From IMG/VR virus record IMGVR_UViG_3300010413_000015, positions 1 through 64,000 of that record: a DNA stretch of 64,000 nucleotides, one strand, 5' to 3'. This document shows, in pieces, positions 9,039 to 17,600 of this stretch. The notes under the pieces are model-generated. The model had not been told where the DNA came from. It worked only from the letters and a program-made list of their open reading frames with translations, and did no database searches. The DNA comes from a virus. How positions within the stretch are numbered: position 1 is the stretch's first letter; each line of letters opens with the position of its first letter. A program made the translations under genes and the position numbers.

Positions 9039-9119
9039 CCGGGAGCGTGATAGGCGCAACTCGGGGGAGTGAGTCCTCCACCGAAAGTCAGAATGGGTGA
9101 AAGTCCCTACCCCGGGCCA
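9039..9119 (+). ncRNA. non-canonical tRNA-like RNA, copy A2 (encoded CCA)
   Basis: CCGGG/CCCGG acceptor + GCCA end, CGTGATAGGCG, 9-bp arm with loop TGAGTC, GGG-TGAAAGT-CCC; covaries with A1. Confidence 0.7.
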
Positions 9120-9122
9120 CAT

Positions 9123-9234
9123 GCAGGTGCACAAGTTCTGTTCAAGGTCCGCTCAAGGAGATCCAAACCAGAATAGAAAGGTGTGCAGCATCCCGAGGAC
9201 GGTGTGCTAGGTGGTTCAAGTCCACCCACCTGCT
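9123..9234 (+). ncRNA. tRNA-like RNA B (canonical acceptor and T arm, atypical long interior)
   Basis: GCAGGTG/CACCTGC 7-bp stem and GGTGG-TTCAAGT-CCACC T arm enclose 80 nt lacking a standard D or anticodon arm. Confidence 0.6.
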
Positions 9235-9239
9235 ACTAC

Positions 9240-9264
9240 AGGTCAGTAGCTCAATCGGAAGGAG
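9240..9264 (+). pseudogene. 5' fragment of a tRNA-Trp-like gene
   Basis: AGGTCAGTAGCTCAATCGGAAGGAG matches the 5' end of the tRNA at 8350; no 3' half follows. Confidence 0.55.
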
Positions 9265-9270
9265 TTTGAA

Positions 9271-9495
9271 GTGTACACGCACATTAACTTTAAGACTAAG
9301 AAGGCCCTCAAGGCAGCAGTGGAAGCATATCTTAACGACCATGGGCCCGGCGTCACCATATTCCAGCCCGGGCCATTTGGCGGCAACGAGCCAAAAAATG
9401 GCATTGTCTATCTAGAGGGACCTCACTACCCAAAGCCGCACCGATGGTACGCTAAGGCCTGGGTAGAAGACGGGTTTGTTGTAAGAGTGCAGTGA
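9271..9495 (+). CDS. small hypothetical phage protein
   Basis: NFKTKKALK...LEGPHYPKPHRWYA; AAGGAG RBS. Confidence 0.7.
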   Translation: MYTHINFKTKKALKAAVEAYLNDHGPGVTIFQPGPFGGNEPKNGIVYLEGPHYPKPHRWYAKAWVEDGFVVRVQ

Positions 9496-9496
9496 A

Positions 9497-9509
9497 TTTC
9501 CGTCGGAAA
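9497..9509. repeat. dispersed palindrome copy 2
   Basis: TTTCCGTCGGAAA, intergenic, abutting the RBS of ORF 9523. Confidence 0.95.
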
Positions 9510-9522
9510 AGGAGAGATATTC

Positions 9523-9723
9523 ATGCTCAAGATGTACTACTATGAGTGGCAAGATACCCGCAGAGGGTATGGCCGGGTGCATGTGTCTTCCTGCCCGTTG
9601 AAGAGGAAGTCCTGCATCTCCAAGCCGTTCTACCGGTGCGAGCACTACAGGCATCGGAGCTTCAACCGTAACAAAATACCCGCAGAGGCAGTCGCGTGCG
9701 CGTATGAAGGAGGGCCGAGGTGA
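9523..9723 (+). CDS. hypothetical protein
   Basis: AAGGAG RBS, 66 aa. Confidence 0.5.
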   Translation: MLKMYYYEWQDTRRGYGRVHVSSCPLKRKSCISKPFYRCEHYRHRSFNRNKIPAEAVACAYEGGPR

Positions 9724-9854
9724 AAGTGTTTACGGCAAAGACAAAGGAGCTGGCCTGTCCCAAGTGTAAGAAGGTCACATTTTCCCCCAGAGATGTACAC
9801 CTCATCAAGACCATAGGGATGTGCCGTAGCTGCAAGATAAGACTGGGCAAGTAG
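9720..9854 (+). CDS. 44-aa zinc-finger protein
   Basis: Hand-translated MKVFTAKTKELACPKC...GMCRSCKIRLGK; GTGA overlap and GGAGG RBS. Confidence 0.55.
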   Translation: MKVFTAKTKELACPKCKKVTFSPRDVHLIKTIGMCRSCKIRLGK

Positions 9855-9885
9855 GATCTACGTCTGTTGCAGAGGGAGGAAACCT

Positions 9886-10038
9886 GTGGTAGAATTAACG
9901 GAGGAGCGGAAGGAAGAGCTCCGAAAAAAGGCAGAGGAGGACTACCTGGAGATGTGTAACAACAGGCGCTCTCGGCCTCCGGCAAAGAAGCGGCCGGCCA
10001 AGAAGAAGTCGCAGCCAGCGAAGAAGAAGAGCAAGTAG
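9886..10038 (+). CDS. 50-aa protein with Lys-rich PAKK-repeat tail
   Basis: GGAGG RBS + GTG; MVELTEERKEELRKKAEEDYLEMCNNRRSRPPAKKRPAKKKSQPAKKKSK. Confidence 0.55.
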   Translation: MVELTEERKEELRKKAEEDYLEMCNNRRSRPPAKKRPAKKKSQPAKKKSK

Positions 10039-10197
10039 CAACCGAACCATGCAGCCAGGCAAAACGAGGATGAGAGCCGGACTGTACGCAAGGGTAAGCA
10101 ACGAGGAGCAAGCGGAAGGATACTCTAGAGGTCGTGCTACCGGTAGGCCACTGAGACCGCTTGCTGATGACACGTGGCAAAACGGGCCTATCGGCCC

Positions 10198-10226
10198 TTG
10201 ACCGCGAACCGAATCCGTGGTAGAAT
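10198..10226 (+). promoter_or_regulatory. sigma70-type promoter
   Basis: TTGACC-N17-TAGAAT with TG extension, intergenic. Confidence 0.7.
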
Positions 10227-10274
10227 CATGAAGGCGCCGCCAGGCGCCTTCGTCATCTTCCACAGGAGAGAACC

Positions 10275-10526
10275 ATGAAAGTACATGCCAACAACGAAGG
10301 GGCCCTTGTCGCCAAGTATCGTGACTGGGATGGAAACGGAGGTGAGATTACCATTAACAACATGATTCAAGAAGTCACACTAAGTGCCATCTGTCTCACA
10401 GAGGAGCAGGTGAACAGCCTAGAGAAGGCCAATGGCCAATCCAACAGGCTGATTTACGAGATGTTCCCCCATCTGCAAGAGGCAGAATGGTTCCGGAGAG
10501 GGGGTGTCATCTATGTGGACGGTTGA
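10275..10526 (+). CDS. hypothetical protein
   Basis: AGGAG RBS, 83 aa. Confidence 0.6.
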   Translation: MKVHANNEGALVAKYRDWDGNGGEITINNMIQEVTLSAICLTEEQVNSLEKANGQSNRLIYEMFPHLQEAEWFRRGGVIYVDG

Positions 10527-10767
10527 CACACACGAAACACTCCAGTCGATTGCGCGAGAGCGTGCGCTGGAGATTTGGGATGGGGCCTACCAGGTAGGAA
10601 TCATCCTCAATTTGCAGACGAGCTTTGCATTGAATCCAGCAGAGGCAAGTCTGCTATTTGACGGGACGCTCACTGTCCCCGAGCTGTTAGAAGGATTTGG
10701 ATGGTGCCGCAAGGGAATGCCCAAGAGGATTATCTTGCCACCCATACTACACGAGGAGACGTTGTAG
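10513..10767 (+). CDS. hypothetical protein
   Basis: Overlapping operon-like ORF. Confidence 0.5.
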   Translation: MWTVDTHETLQSIARERALEIWDGAYQVGIILNLQTSFALNPAEASLLFDGTLTVPELLEGFGWCRKGMPKRIILPPILHEETL

Positions 10768-10934
10768 TGTTTGTATTTGACAGGGAGACCGAACAGAAAA
10801 GCAGGGACCTGCAGCGGGAGCTGCGGAGCTCAAAGCAATCATGGTTCATGGCCATCGATATTCGATGGCTAATCCTGGTTGCCATTAACCTGTCTGTTGG
10901 GATCGCTGTACTTCTAATGCTGGGGAACAGATAG
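10767..10934 (+). CDS. small membrane protein
   Basis: C-terminal hydrophobic helix; GAGGAG RBS. Confidence 0.45.
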   Translation: MFVFDRETEQKSRDLQRELRSSKQSWFMAIDIRWLILVAINLSVGIAVLLMLGNR

Positions 10935-11596
10935 TGAAACGCACCCGTAGATTTGAGGAGAGCCTGGCTCTCCAGTCGAAACTGGAATCGCGGAAGAGGA
11001 CACCAGACTACCTAGGGAACATGTTCGTCATTTTTGGCATTGCCCTAAGTGCCGGCCTGGTCGTCCTCGTCGGCGTGCGCCTGGTCACCTGGGCCCTGAG
11101 TTGGGACGCCTGGGTGCACAAGCTCATGGCCGGCCTTGCAATTCTAGGTACCCTGGCCTGGTGGTCCTGGCGTGCATTTCGGGACAGCCTCATCTTGACT
11201 ATTGAGGAGACCTTCTATGCAGACATGAACAACGATGGTCAGATTGGGGTGTCTCATAACTATGAGGTACACACAGGGCCAACTCGCCAGGTCCGCGTGA
11301 TTGGTCCACCCCCAGAGGTTCTCTTGGAGTGGGCAGATGCCGCAGTGAACGGGGGGTCTTTGGCCTATCGCCTATGGGCGCCCAGGTTCACTACACCTGG
11401 CAGAAACGATGGCGTGGAAATGTACTCCCGGTGGCGGAGTGGCCTGGTCCGTATGGGATACGCCGAGGAAAAGGGCACACACTCTATTTCGCTAACAGAG
11501 GAAGGGATTCGGTTCTTTAGCGGTGTCCTGGAGGCGGGGATTGAAGACCCCACTCCCCTACTGGAAGGACTCGGGCGCAAAATGCTACCTGGATAG
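10934..11596 (+). CDS. two-TM membrane protein with cytoplasmic domain
   Basis: Two hydrophobic helices, DMNNDGQIG loop, wHTH-like C-terminus (LTEEG). Confidence 0.65.
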   Translation: MKRTRRFEESLALQSKLESRKRTPDYLGNMFVIFGIALSAGLVVLVGVRLVTWALSWDAWVHKLMAGLAILGTLAWWSWRAFRDSLILTIEETFYADMNNDGQIGVSHNYEVHTGPTRQVRVIGPPPEVLLEWADAAVNGGSLAYRLWAPRFTTPGRNDGVEMYSRWRSGLVRMGYAEEKGTHSISLTEEGIRFFSGVLEAGIEDPTPLLEGLGRKMLPG

Positions 11597-11869
11597 CACC
11601 AACACACACCGATACACCGGCTACAGTGGTCGATTTAGGACAATCGAGACGGCTACCAGGCCGACTGCAATGAGGACCAGGAGGATAAGGACCCTCCTGG
11701 TTCTTATTGGTTTTGGCACGTACCCGGGCGGCATGAAGCTGGCCCACAGAACGAGAGCCAGCCCCATTGCAAGGAACGGATAGAGGCAAAGTTCCATGAC
11801 GCACCTCCTGGTTGCAGTCTACCTCATTTTCGAACAACTGTCAAAGGGAACAGTCGCCCCCCTGTTCAC

Positions 11870-11898
11870 TTGACAGGTAGCCTGTCCACGACTATAAT
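11870..11898 (+). promoter_or_regulatory. consensus sigma70 promoter
   Basis: TTGACA-N17-TATAAT, perfect consensus. Confidence 0.88.
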
Positions 11899-11935
11899 TA
11901 ACCAGACTCACATAACACACAAGGAGGACGTGAAG

Positions 11936-12910
11936 ATGAGCACGAAAGAAGAGCTGTTCCCCTATCGAATCCCGGTCACGGTTGTTACCGGGGAGATTGA
12001 GAGTGGCAAGACGCTACTCATTTTAACCACTGGCTACCCCCAGGAACGTATCCTGCTGTACGACAATGAGCAATCCTCGGCCGTGTACCAGAAGAACTTT
12101 GGCTTTACGCGAGTGGACCTGGTTCAGGAGATGACCTATCGCCAGGAGGAGAAACTTGCCAAGCTTGGGGACCGGGCCAAGGAGAGCGACAAGACCTGGA
12201 CCAACCAGGAGTTTTACTTGGCATGGTTGGGGCACATGCAGGCCATTAAGCCAGGCACCTACGATGTGATTGGCGTAGACCCCGCCGAGCGCATCGAGAG
12301 CGGCTTGGCAGACTGGGTGTGGGCCCATCCCATTAACGGGCACAACATCACCCAGTACCAGAAGATGTCGGGGATGTACTGGGGGGACGTTAAAGACCTC
12401 TGGGGGCGTCACATTTTGGAGATGACCGGCAAGGCGAAAATGGTGTTCATCACCATGCACATGCGGAACGTTTACGAGGGAAACAAACCCATTCCTGGCA
12501 AGCGAGAGCGCAAGGGCAAGGACACATTGAGCGAGCTCGCCACCCTCGAACTGGAATTGGTCCGCAAGCCCGGCATGGTCCTGCCGGCCGCGAAGGTCAT
12601 CAAGACCCGCCTGGTCTACGGTAGCGACCCCTCAAACCTGAAGCCCATGTTCGACCCGTACATCAATCCCTTCACCTGGGACCGAGTACGGGAGTACATG
12701 CTCAAGGGTGCGGACCCGGAGAACTTGGTGCTGCCCCCTGAGCCGACCGAGGAAGAGAAGCGGTTGCACGAGCTAGAGCTGAAGGCAACCATTGCAGCGG
12801 CAAAGCTAGCCGATGTGGACACATCTGGCGATAGGAACCGGTGCCCGGAGTGTGGAGCCGCTGTGCCGGCCGGGAAACCCGGGCATCGTCCTGGATGTCC
12901 CAACGGCTAG
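11936..12910 (+). CDS. AAA ATPase (Sak4/AAA_24-like recombination protein) with C-terminal zinc finger
   Basis: Walker A GEIESGKT, LYDNE, VIGVD; C-terminal CPEC...H...C. Confidence 0.7.
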   Translation: MSTKEELFPYRIPVTVVTGEIESGKTLLILTTGYPQERILLYDNEQSSAVYQKNFGFTRVDLVQEMTYRQEEKLAKLGDRAKESDKTWTNQEFYLAWLGHMQAIKPGTYDVIGVDPAERIESGLADWVWAHPINGHNITQYQKMSGMYWGDVKDLWGRHILEMTGKAKMVFITMHMRNVYEGNKPIPGKRERKGKDTLSELATLELELVRKPGMVLPAAKVIKTRLVYGSDPSNLKPMFDPYINPFTWDRVREYMLKGADPENLVLPPEPTEEEKRLHELELKATIAAAKLADVDTSGDRNRCPECGAAVPAGKPGHRPGCPNG

Positions 12911-12928
12911 TCTGTCTCCTCCAACGAA

Positions 12929-12962
12929 GGACCCCCTGGGCGGAGGCGTACCCAGGGGGTCC
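12929..12962. terminator. hairpin between convergent gene blocks
   Basis: GGACCCCCTGGG / CCCAGGGGGTCC 12-bp perfect stem, no U tract. Confidence 0.6.
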
Positions 12963-12981
12963 GGGGAGGGGTAGGAGGGGC

Positions 12982-13275
12982 CTATTTGAGGGAGGCCCCA
13001 TTCACTGCAGTAAGGAACTTCTTGAATAGGTCGTAGTACCCCGATACGGCCAGGGCACCACCCAAGCCAATGAGAGTCACCCGAATCCAGGGTAGCGCTA
13101 CCGCAGGAATCAAGCCCTCAATAATGGCCTGGGACAGGCCTACCAGGAGGAACCCCAAAAGAAGGGATTCTAGCAACAGCCAGTTGCCTGCCAGACCAAA
13201 CTTCTTGCTGGTCTCCACAAGCCCTGGCACCAGCAGGAGTATCGCATACTCCCCGAGCACACTCAGGTCAATCAT
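12982..13275 (-). CDS. putative holin
   Basis: 97 aa, three hydrophobic segments, LAVSGYYD motif and basic C-terminus; last gene of the late operon. Confidence 0.6.
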   Translation of the reverse strand: MIDLSVLGEYAILLLVPGLVETSKKFGLAGNWLLLESLLLGFLLVGLSQAIIEGLIPAVALPWIRVTLIGLGGALAVSGYYDLFKKFLTAVNGASLK

Positions 13276-14209
13276 CGTTTACCTCCCTGTCTCTTTTTTT
13301 TCTGAGCTGGACCTCACCGAGCCAGAAATCCCAGTCGGTGAAGTCTATGGGGAACCAGTATTTGTATCCCCTACGGATAACCGCAAATCCCCGAATCCAC
13401 TTGGGGTGAGTGGTTGTCCCATTCACCATCATGTAGTATCTTCGGGTAGGGTCCGTGCCATGGCCAATCTCGCCGGCAACGTGCTTGCCGTCTTTCGTAA
13501 ACGTCATGCTCATGTGGTGGGTATGCCCACTCAGGGTGTCCATGCCCTCGATCTCCGCCCTCTCTTGAGGCAAAGACCCTCGGACCTTGCGGTACTGTGC
13601 CGGGTGTTCTACCAACGTTTCTTTTCCGTCGGAAACTACGTGGCACCATTTGTATTCTGAGACCACCAGCTTCCCGTGCCTCCCCCATAGAAGCTGAAGC
13701 AGCCTCAGAAACTCAAGCTCTTTCTTTCGCGTGGCTCTCTGTTCGTGGTTCCCCTTGATGTAGTAGATGGTGTCAAACCACTCAAACAGGGCCGTAATCA
13801 CCGCCTCTCCACTGACCAGCTCGTCGATGAGTGATGGGTAGTCTTCCTCTCGGGGAAAGGGGCTGAAGGCATCGTTTGCCAGGAAGTCCCCCGCAATTAG
13901 CAGAGACTTGATGCCCAGCTTCATTCCCATGGCCACAGCATAGGAAACTACCTCTTCGTCATGGTATGGCACTTCTAGGTCAGCGATGACTACGACATCT
14001 CCCTCGATGACCAGATGGTCTAGGTACTGCGGTTCCGTGCTCTTGACTCTCATATTAGGCCAGTACTCCAGCTTCCCCTCCCTCCAGAGTTGGAGTCTCC
14101 ACTCTTTCACGGTTGTGTGCGACATACCATACTTCTCTGACAACTGGGGGGTCTCAAGAGTTTCTGCATCCTTGAGAAAGTCGTGCACGAGCTCGCCTGG
14201 TATCGCCAT
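13268..14209 (-). CDS. calcineurin-like metallophosphoesterase with N-terminal HTH
   Basis: ADLEVPYHD, AGDF, GNHE, EH, GHTH motifs. Confidence 0.85.
   Translation of the reverse strand: MAIPGELVHDFLKDAETLETPQLSEKYGMSHTTVKEWRLQLWREGKLEYWPNMRVKSTEPQYLDHLVIEGDVVVIADLEVPYHDEEVVSYAVAMGMKLGIKSLLIAGDFLANDAFSPFPREEDYPSLIDELVSGEAVITALFEWFDTIYYIKGNHEQRATRKKELEFLRLLQLLWGRHGKLVVSEYKWCHVVSDGKETLVEHPAQYRKVRGSLPQERAEIEGMDTLSGHTHHMSMTFTKDGKHVAGEIGHGTDPTRRYYMMVNGTTTHPKWIRGFAVIRRGYKYWFPIDFTDWDFWLGEVQLRKKRDREVNDD
13623..13635. repeat. dispersed palindrome copy 3
   Basis: TTTCCGTCGGAAA inside the phosphoesterase gene (VSDGK). Confidence 0.95.
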
Positions 14210-14212
14210 TTT

Positions 14213-14533
14213 CTACGCCTCCACCTCGAGTTTTTCGCACAGGGCGAATACTTCCTCACGGTTGGCTACTTGCCATCCAGGGTGTTTCTCGACAAGCCCC
14301 TTCAGATAGCTCATGTCCTCTTTCGTGAGTGTGACAGTCCACGTGTTTTCGTGGGGGTCCCAGGCGTAGGTGTTACCAGACTGAAGCAGGCCAATGGACT
14401 TCCCTTCTTCCTCAGTCATCTCCAGGGTGTCAAGGACTCGAGACGCCTTCCTTAACTCCCCGACATTGCCCTGTACCCCATTCAGAATCCCCACGAGAAC
14501 CAGGCGCTGCCATGTTGAAAGTTCTACTTCCAT
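14213..14533 (-). CDS. hypothetical protein (tail-fibre associated)
   Basis: GGAGG RBS before ATG 14533; follows the tail fibre gene. Confidence 0.6.
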   Translation of the reverse strand: MEVELSTWQRLVLVGILNGVQGNVGELRKASRVLDTLEMTEEEGKSIGLLQSGNTYAWDPHENTWTVTLTKEDMSYLKGLVEKHPGWQVANREEVFALCEKLEVEA

Positions 14534-14616
14534 GGTTAACCTCCCTCTGTTATTTGGCCCGACCATGCCAGCATAGCACCTTGCCATAAGAACGTCAAGG
14601 CGCCTATAGGCCCATG

Positions 14617-17600
14617 CTACGTCACGAATATCGCCGGGCACGGTAAGCTGATTGCACCAGGGCTTCCCGTTTTCGCTACTTGAACGTACAGCATAAACTC
14701 CGACGCGGCAGTTAGCGATGTGCTGAGTCCCGTGCTCGAGTACATGTTCCAGGCATCGGCACTCATTGCAGATGTGTCGAAGCTCAACCTATTAGTTCCA
14801 GACCCATTTTTGAGGTTGATGGTCCAGTAGTTGCTAGCGTTGTTTGTTGTATCCACCCAAACGGCCTGGTGCCAAGACCGGATTGTCATATCACGCGAGA
14901 TGGTCCCGGCGTAAGGACGTCCGCCATTCGTGGTCATTTGATACGCAACGAGCGCATAGTTCCCGAAAGGGAACCAACCACTCATTCCCACATTGGACTG
15001 AACCATTCCAGCATCAGGGTCAACGTCAGTTGCGCCAGCATAGATTCCACCATTCAGGATGATGTCATTATCATACCCTGCCCCAAGTGAGCCCACACGG
15101 AGACCTGCCTGAACCAGGGCATAACCTTGAGCAGGGTCCGTTGTCCCACCCACTGTGAGTCCCCCGGCAATCGTGACGTCATTATCTGGCGGGTCATTCG
15201 TGGTGTCGCCAACTCGCAATCCGGCTCCAGCATATAGGTCGGTTGCCGTATGTATCTTTATGGTCGTTTGCTCGACCGCCAAGACGTCAGATGCGCCGAC
15301 CCAGAGTGTGATTCGGTCTGTAGTGCCAGACTCAATCTGGAGATAATTAGAAGTGGCCCCACTAACAGCCCGCAAGAATACTCTGGCATCCCCGGTGGTC
15401 AACGTGCTCTCTAGGTACAGGTCTGCGATGCTAGAGCCATATGCTGTCCAGATGCCACCATAGTAGGTAGCACCGTCGTACCACGTTACCTTGTTTGCCC
15501 TTGCGGTGCCTGTGGCAAAGGTGAGGCCCAACGCATTCAGTTCGATAGCACCAGCGCCACACACTAGAGAACCGTCTGTGTCAATGTATAGTTGAACCGT
15601 ACCAGTCCCTGCCCTAAACTTCAATTGGCCTGTAGACCCACCACCATCAGCATCCCACCACATATTTGCATGACCAGATCCTGTTTGTCCAAAGATGGCA
15701 TCACCAGTTAAGCCTTCCAGCTTTATGATATCCGTACCACCCTTGCGCAAGAGCAGGTCGCCAGGGTCTGCGTCCCAAAAGAGGTTGGCCTTGCTAGCGT
15801 TATACTCGCCAAACCTTACATCTCCATCAGCTTGAAGTACGAGAGTGGCTACGCTGTTGTTGTACAAGCTGATAGTTGTCCCGCTGAGGTCGATGTATGC
15901 ACTGGTCGTAGAGTAAATCTTTAGGCCGCTTCCATCCCACAGGAGTTTACCGGCTGAAGCATTTCCTAGAAATAGGCGGGGTGTCCCGGCGTTGTACTCT
16001 AGCCAGTAGCCCGTGCCGGAATCGTAGGCCGTCGCCCCACATTTGAGGACCGCGCCTGTGGACATCGTAAGTGTGTTGTCCACAGTCAGTGCACCCGTGC
16101 TTGCGCTTACTGCCGCCAGGTTCGTGACGTCGATTTTCTCGGCAGTTACAGCATCAGCGGTCAGTTGGTCCGTGTCTACGGTTCCAGTCTGGATATTGCC
16201 ACCGTTGATGTTCGTCACGCCTGAGCCGTCTCCGGCGATGACCAGGCCGTTTGTCGGGTCATACTTGAGATAGTCGCCACCGGAGTAGTTTCCAATGGCC
16301 ATGCCCCAGGTCTCCGTAGAGTAGGGACCCCATCCATTTAGGTCACCCAGGCGGACAAGTTCTGTCTGCTGGTTGTACGAGGTACCCTGGCGTATCATTG
16401 AGATTCGCGGTCCACCTGTCTGTGCGTCGAGCTCTACCCTGCCGTCCCCATCATAGCCAAGATTCACCCATACATGTCCCTGTGGCCAGGCATTGGCCCC
16501 GCTACCATCCAGGTTCCTGGTCACGGTGTAGATCGTGCCAGAGACAAAGGCCGTGACTTGCATGTATTCCACCTGGTTGTTGCCACGAAGCAGAATGAAA
16601 TCGTTCACGGTGAGTGAGCTACCAAAGTCGATGTCTGTCTCAGTGTCGTCTACATCCTCGGCCAGGGTACCAGATGAGTGCGGAACGATGAACCAGCCAC
16701 CCATAACAGATGCGGTATTTTCCACAAACAGGATAGCTTCCATCTCGGACAACCAGCCTTTCCGCCACAGGAGGGTTGAACTCCCTAGGTCATAGGTATC
16801 CGTTAGTAGGGGAATTAGATGCGAGTCAACTTTTCCGACGGAAAAGTTGCCGGAGACAGTGAGGTGCTGCAGAGTGAGTAGCCCGGCCGCTGTCGTAGCC
16901 AGAATGCTAGCCGTCGCACCGGGGCTGTTGCTGGAGTCGATGGCATGCACATGGGTGGCCCTAGAGAATGACGTGCCAGTGCCCTCAGTGTTAGAACTGC
17001 TCACTGAGAGGTTTGTGCTTGGCGCTGCGGTACCAATTCCGTGTGTGTGGTCCCGACGAGCGGCAACAGAGGCGCTGCCTGTAGCAGACGAAGACGTGCC
17101 GGCAGCTATCGTTGTCGGTAGCGTTGTGTCAAAGACTACGAGTGTAGCATCCGAGCGAATCATGGTCTGGGCAGAACCTTCAGCATAGGCGGTGCCCAGC
17201 GAGATTGTTGGCGCTGCAATCAGGCTATCAATCTGTGTCCAGGCCAGGTCTCCTGTATGGTCAGTGCCAGAGAGGGTGTGCTGCTGGTTATGGTGGTCAT
17301 TGGCCGAGACATCAGCAATGCTGTCATGGCTGATGTTGGCCTGGTTGATAGTGAAGGTCAGTATGTTTGTGCCTGCCACAATGCTGAGAATGTTGTTGGC
17401 ACTTGTAAGTTGTATCCTGTCATCTGCAGCCGGAGTAACTGCCGTTGCGCTTGTGTCTTCAAGGCCTACAAAGCCGGCATGATGCTGGTCAGCGCTCACA
17501 CTCCCAAGGTCAGTGTGCGACAGTTGCTGAAATGCTGCGGTGGTGGCTCCGGTGGCCCTCAGTACCTGTCCGGCCGTCAATCCACTAACAGTGTGGTAGG

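Noticed and set aside
9123-9234. tmRNA or tRNA-Sec interpretation of element B
   Set aside because: Too short for tmRNA, with no G3-U70 pair or tag ORF; no D arm or TCA anticodon in a proper 7-nt loop
9867-9895. TTGCAG-N17-TAGAAT promoter-like sequence
   Set aside because: It overlaps the RBS and GTG start of the 50-aa ORF and has a weak -35, so it may be coincidental
10164-10200. CTGATGA as a possible hammerhead ribozyme core
   Set aside because: No stem II followed by GAAA and no matching stems I/III found
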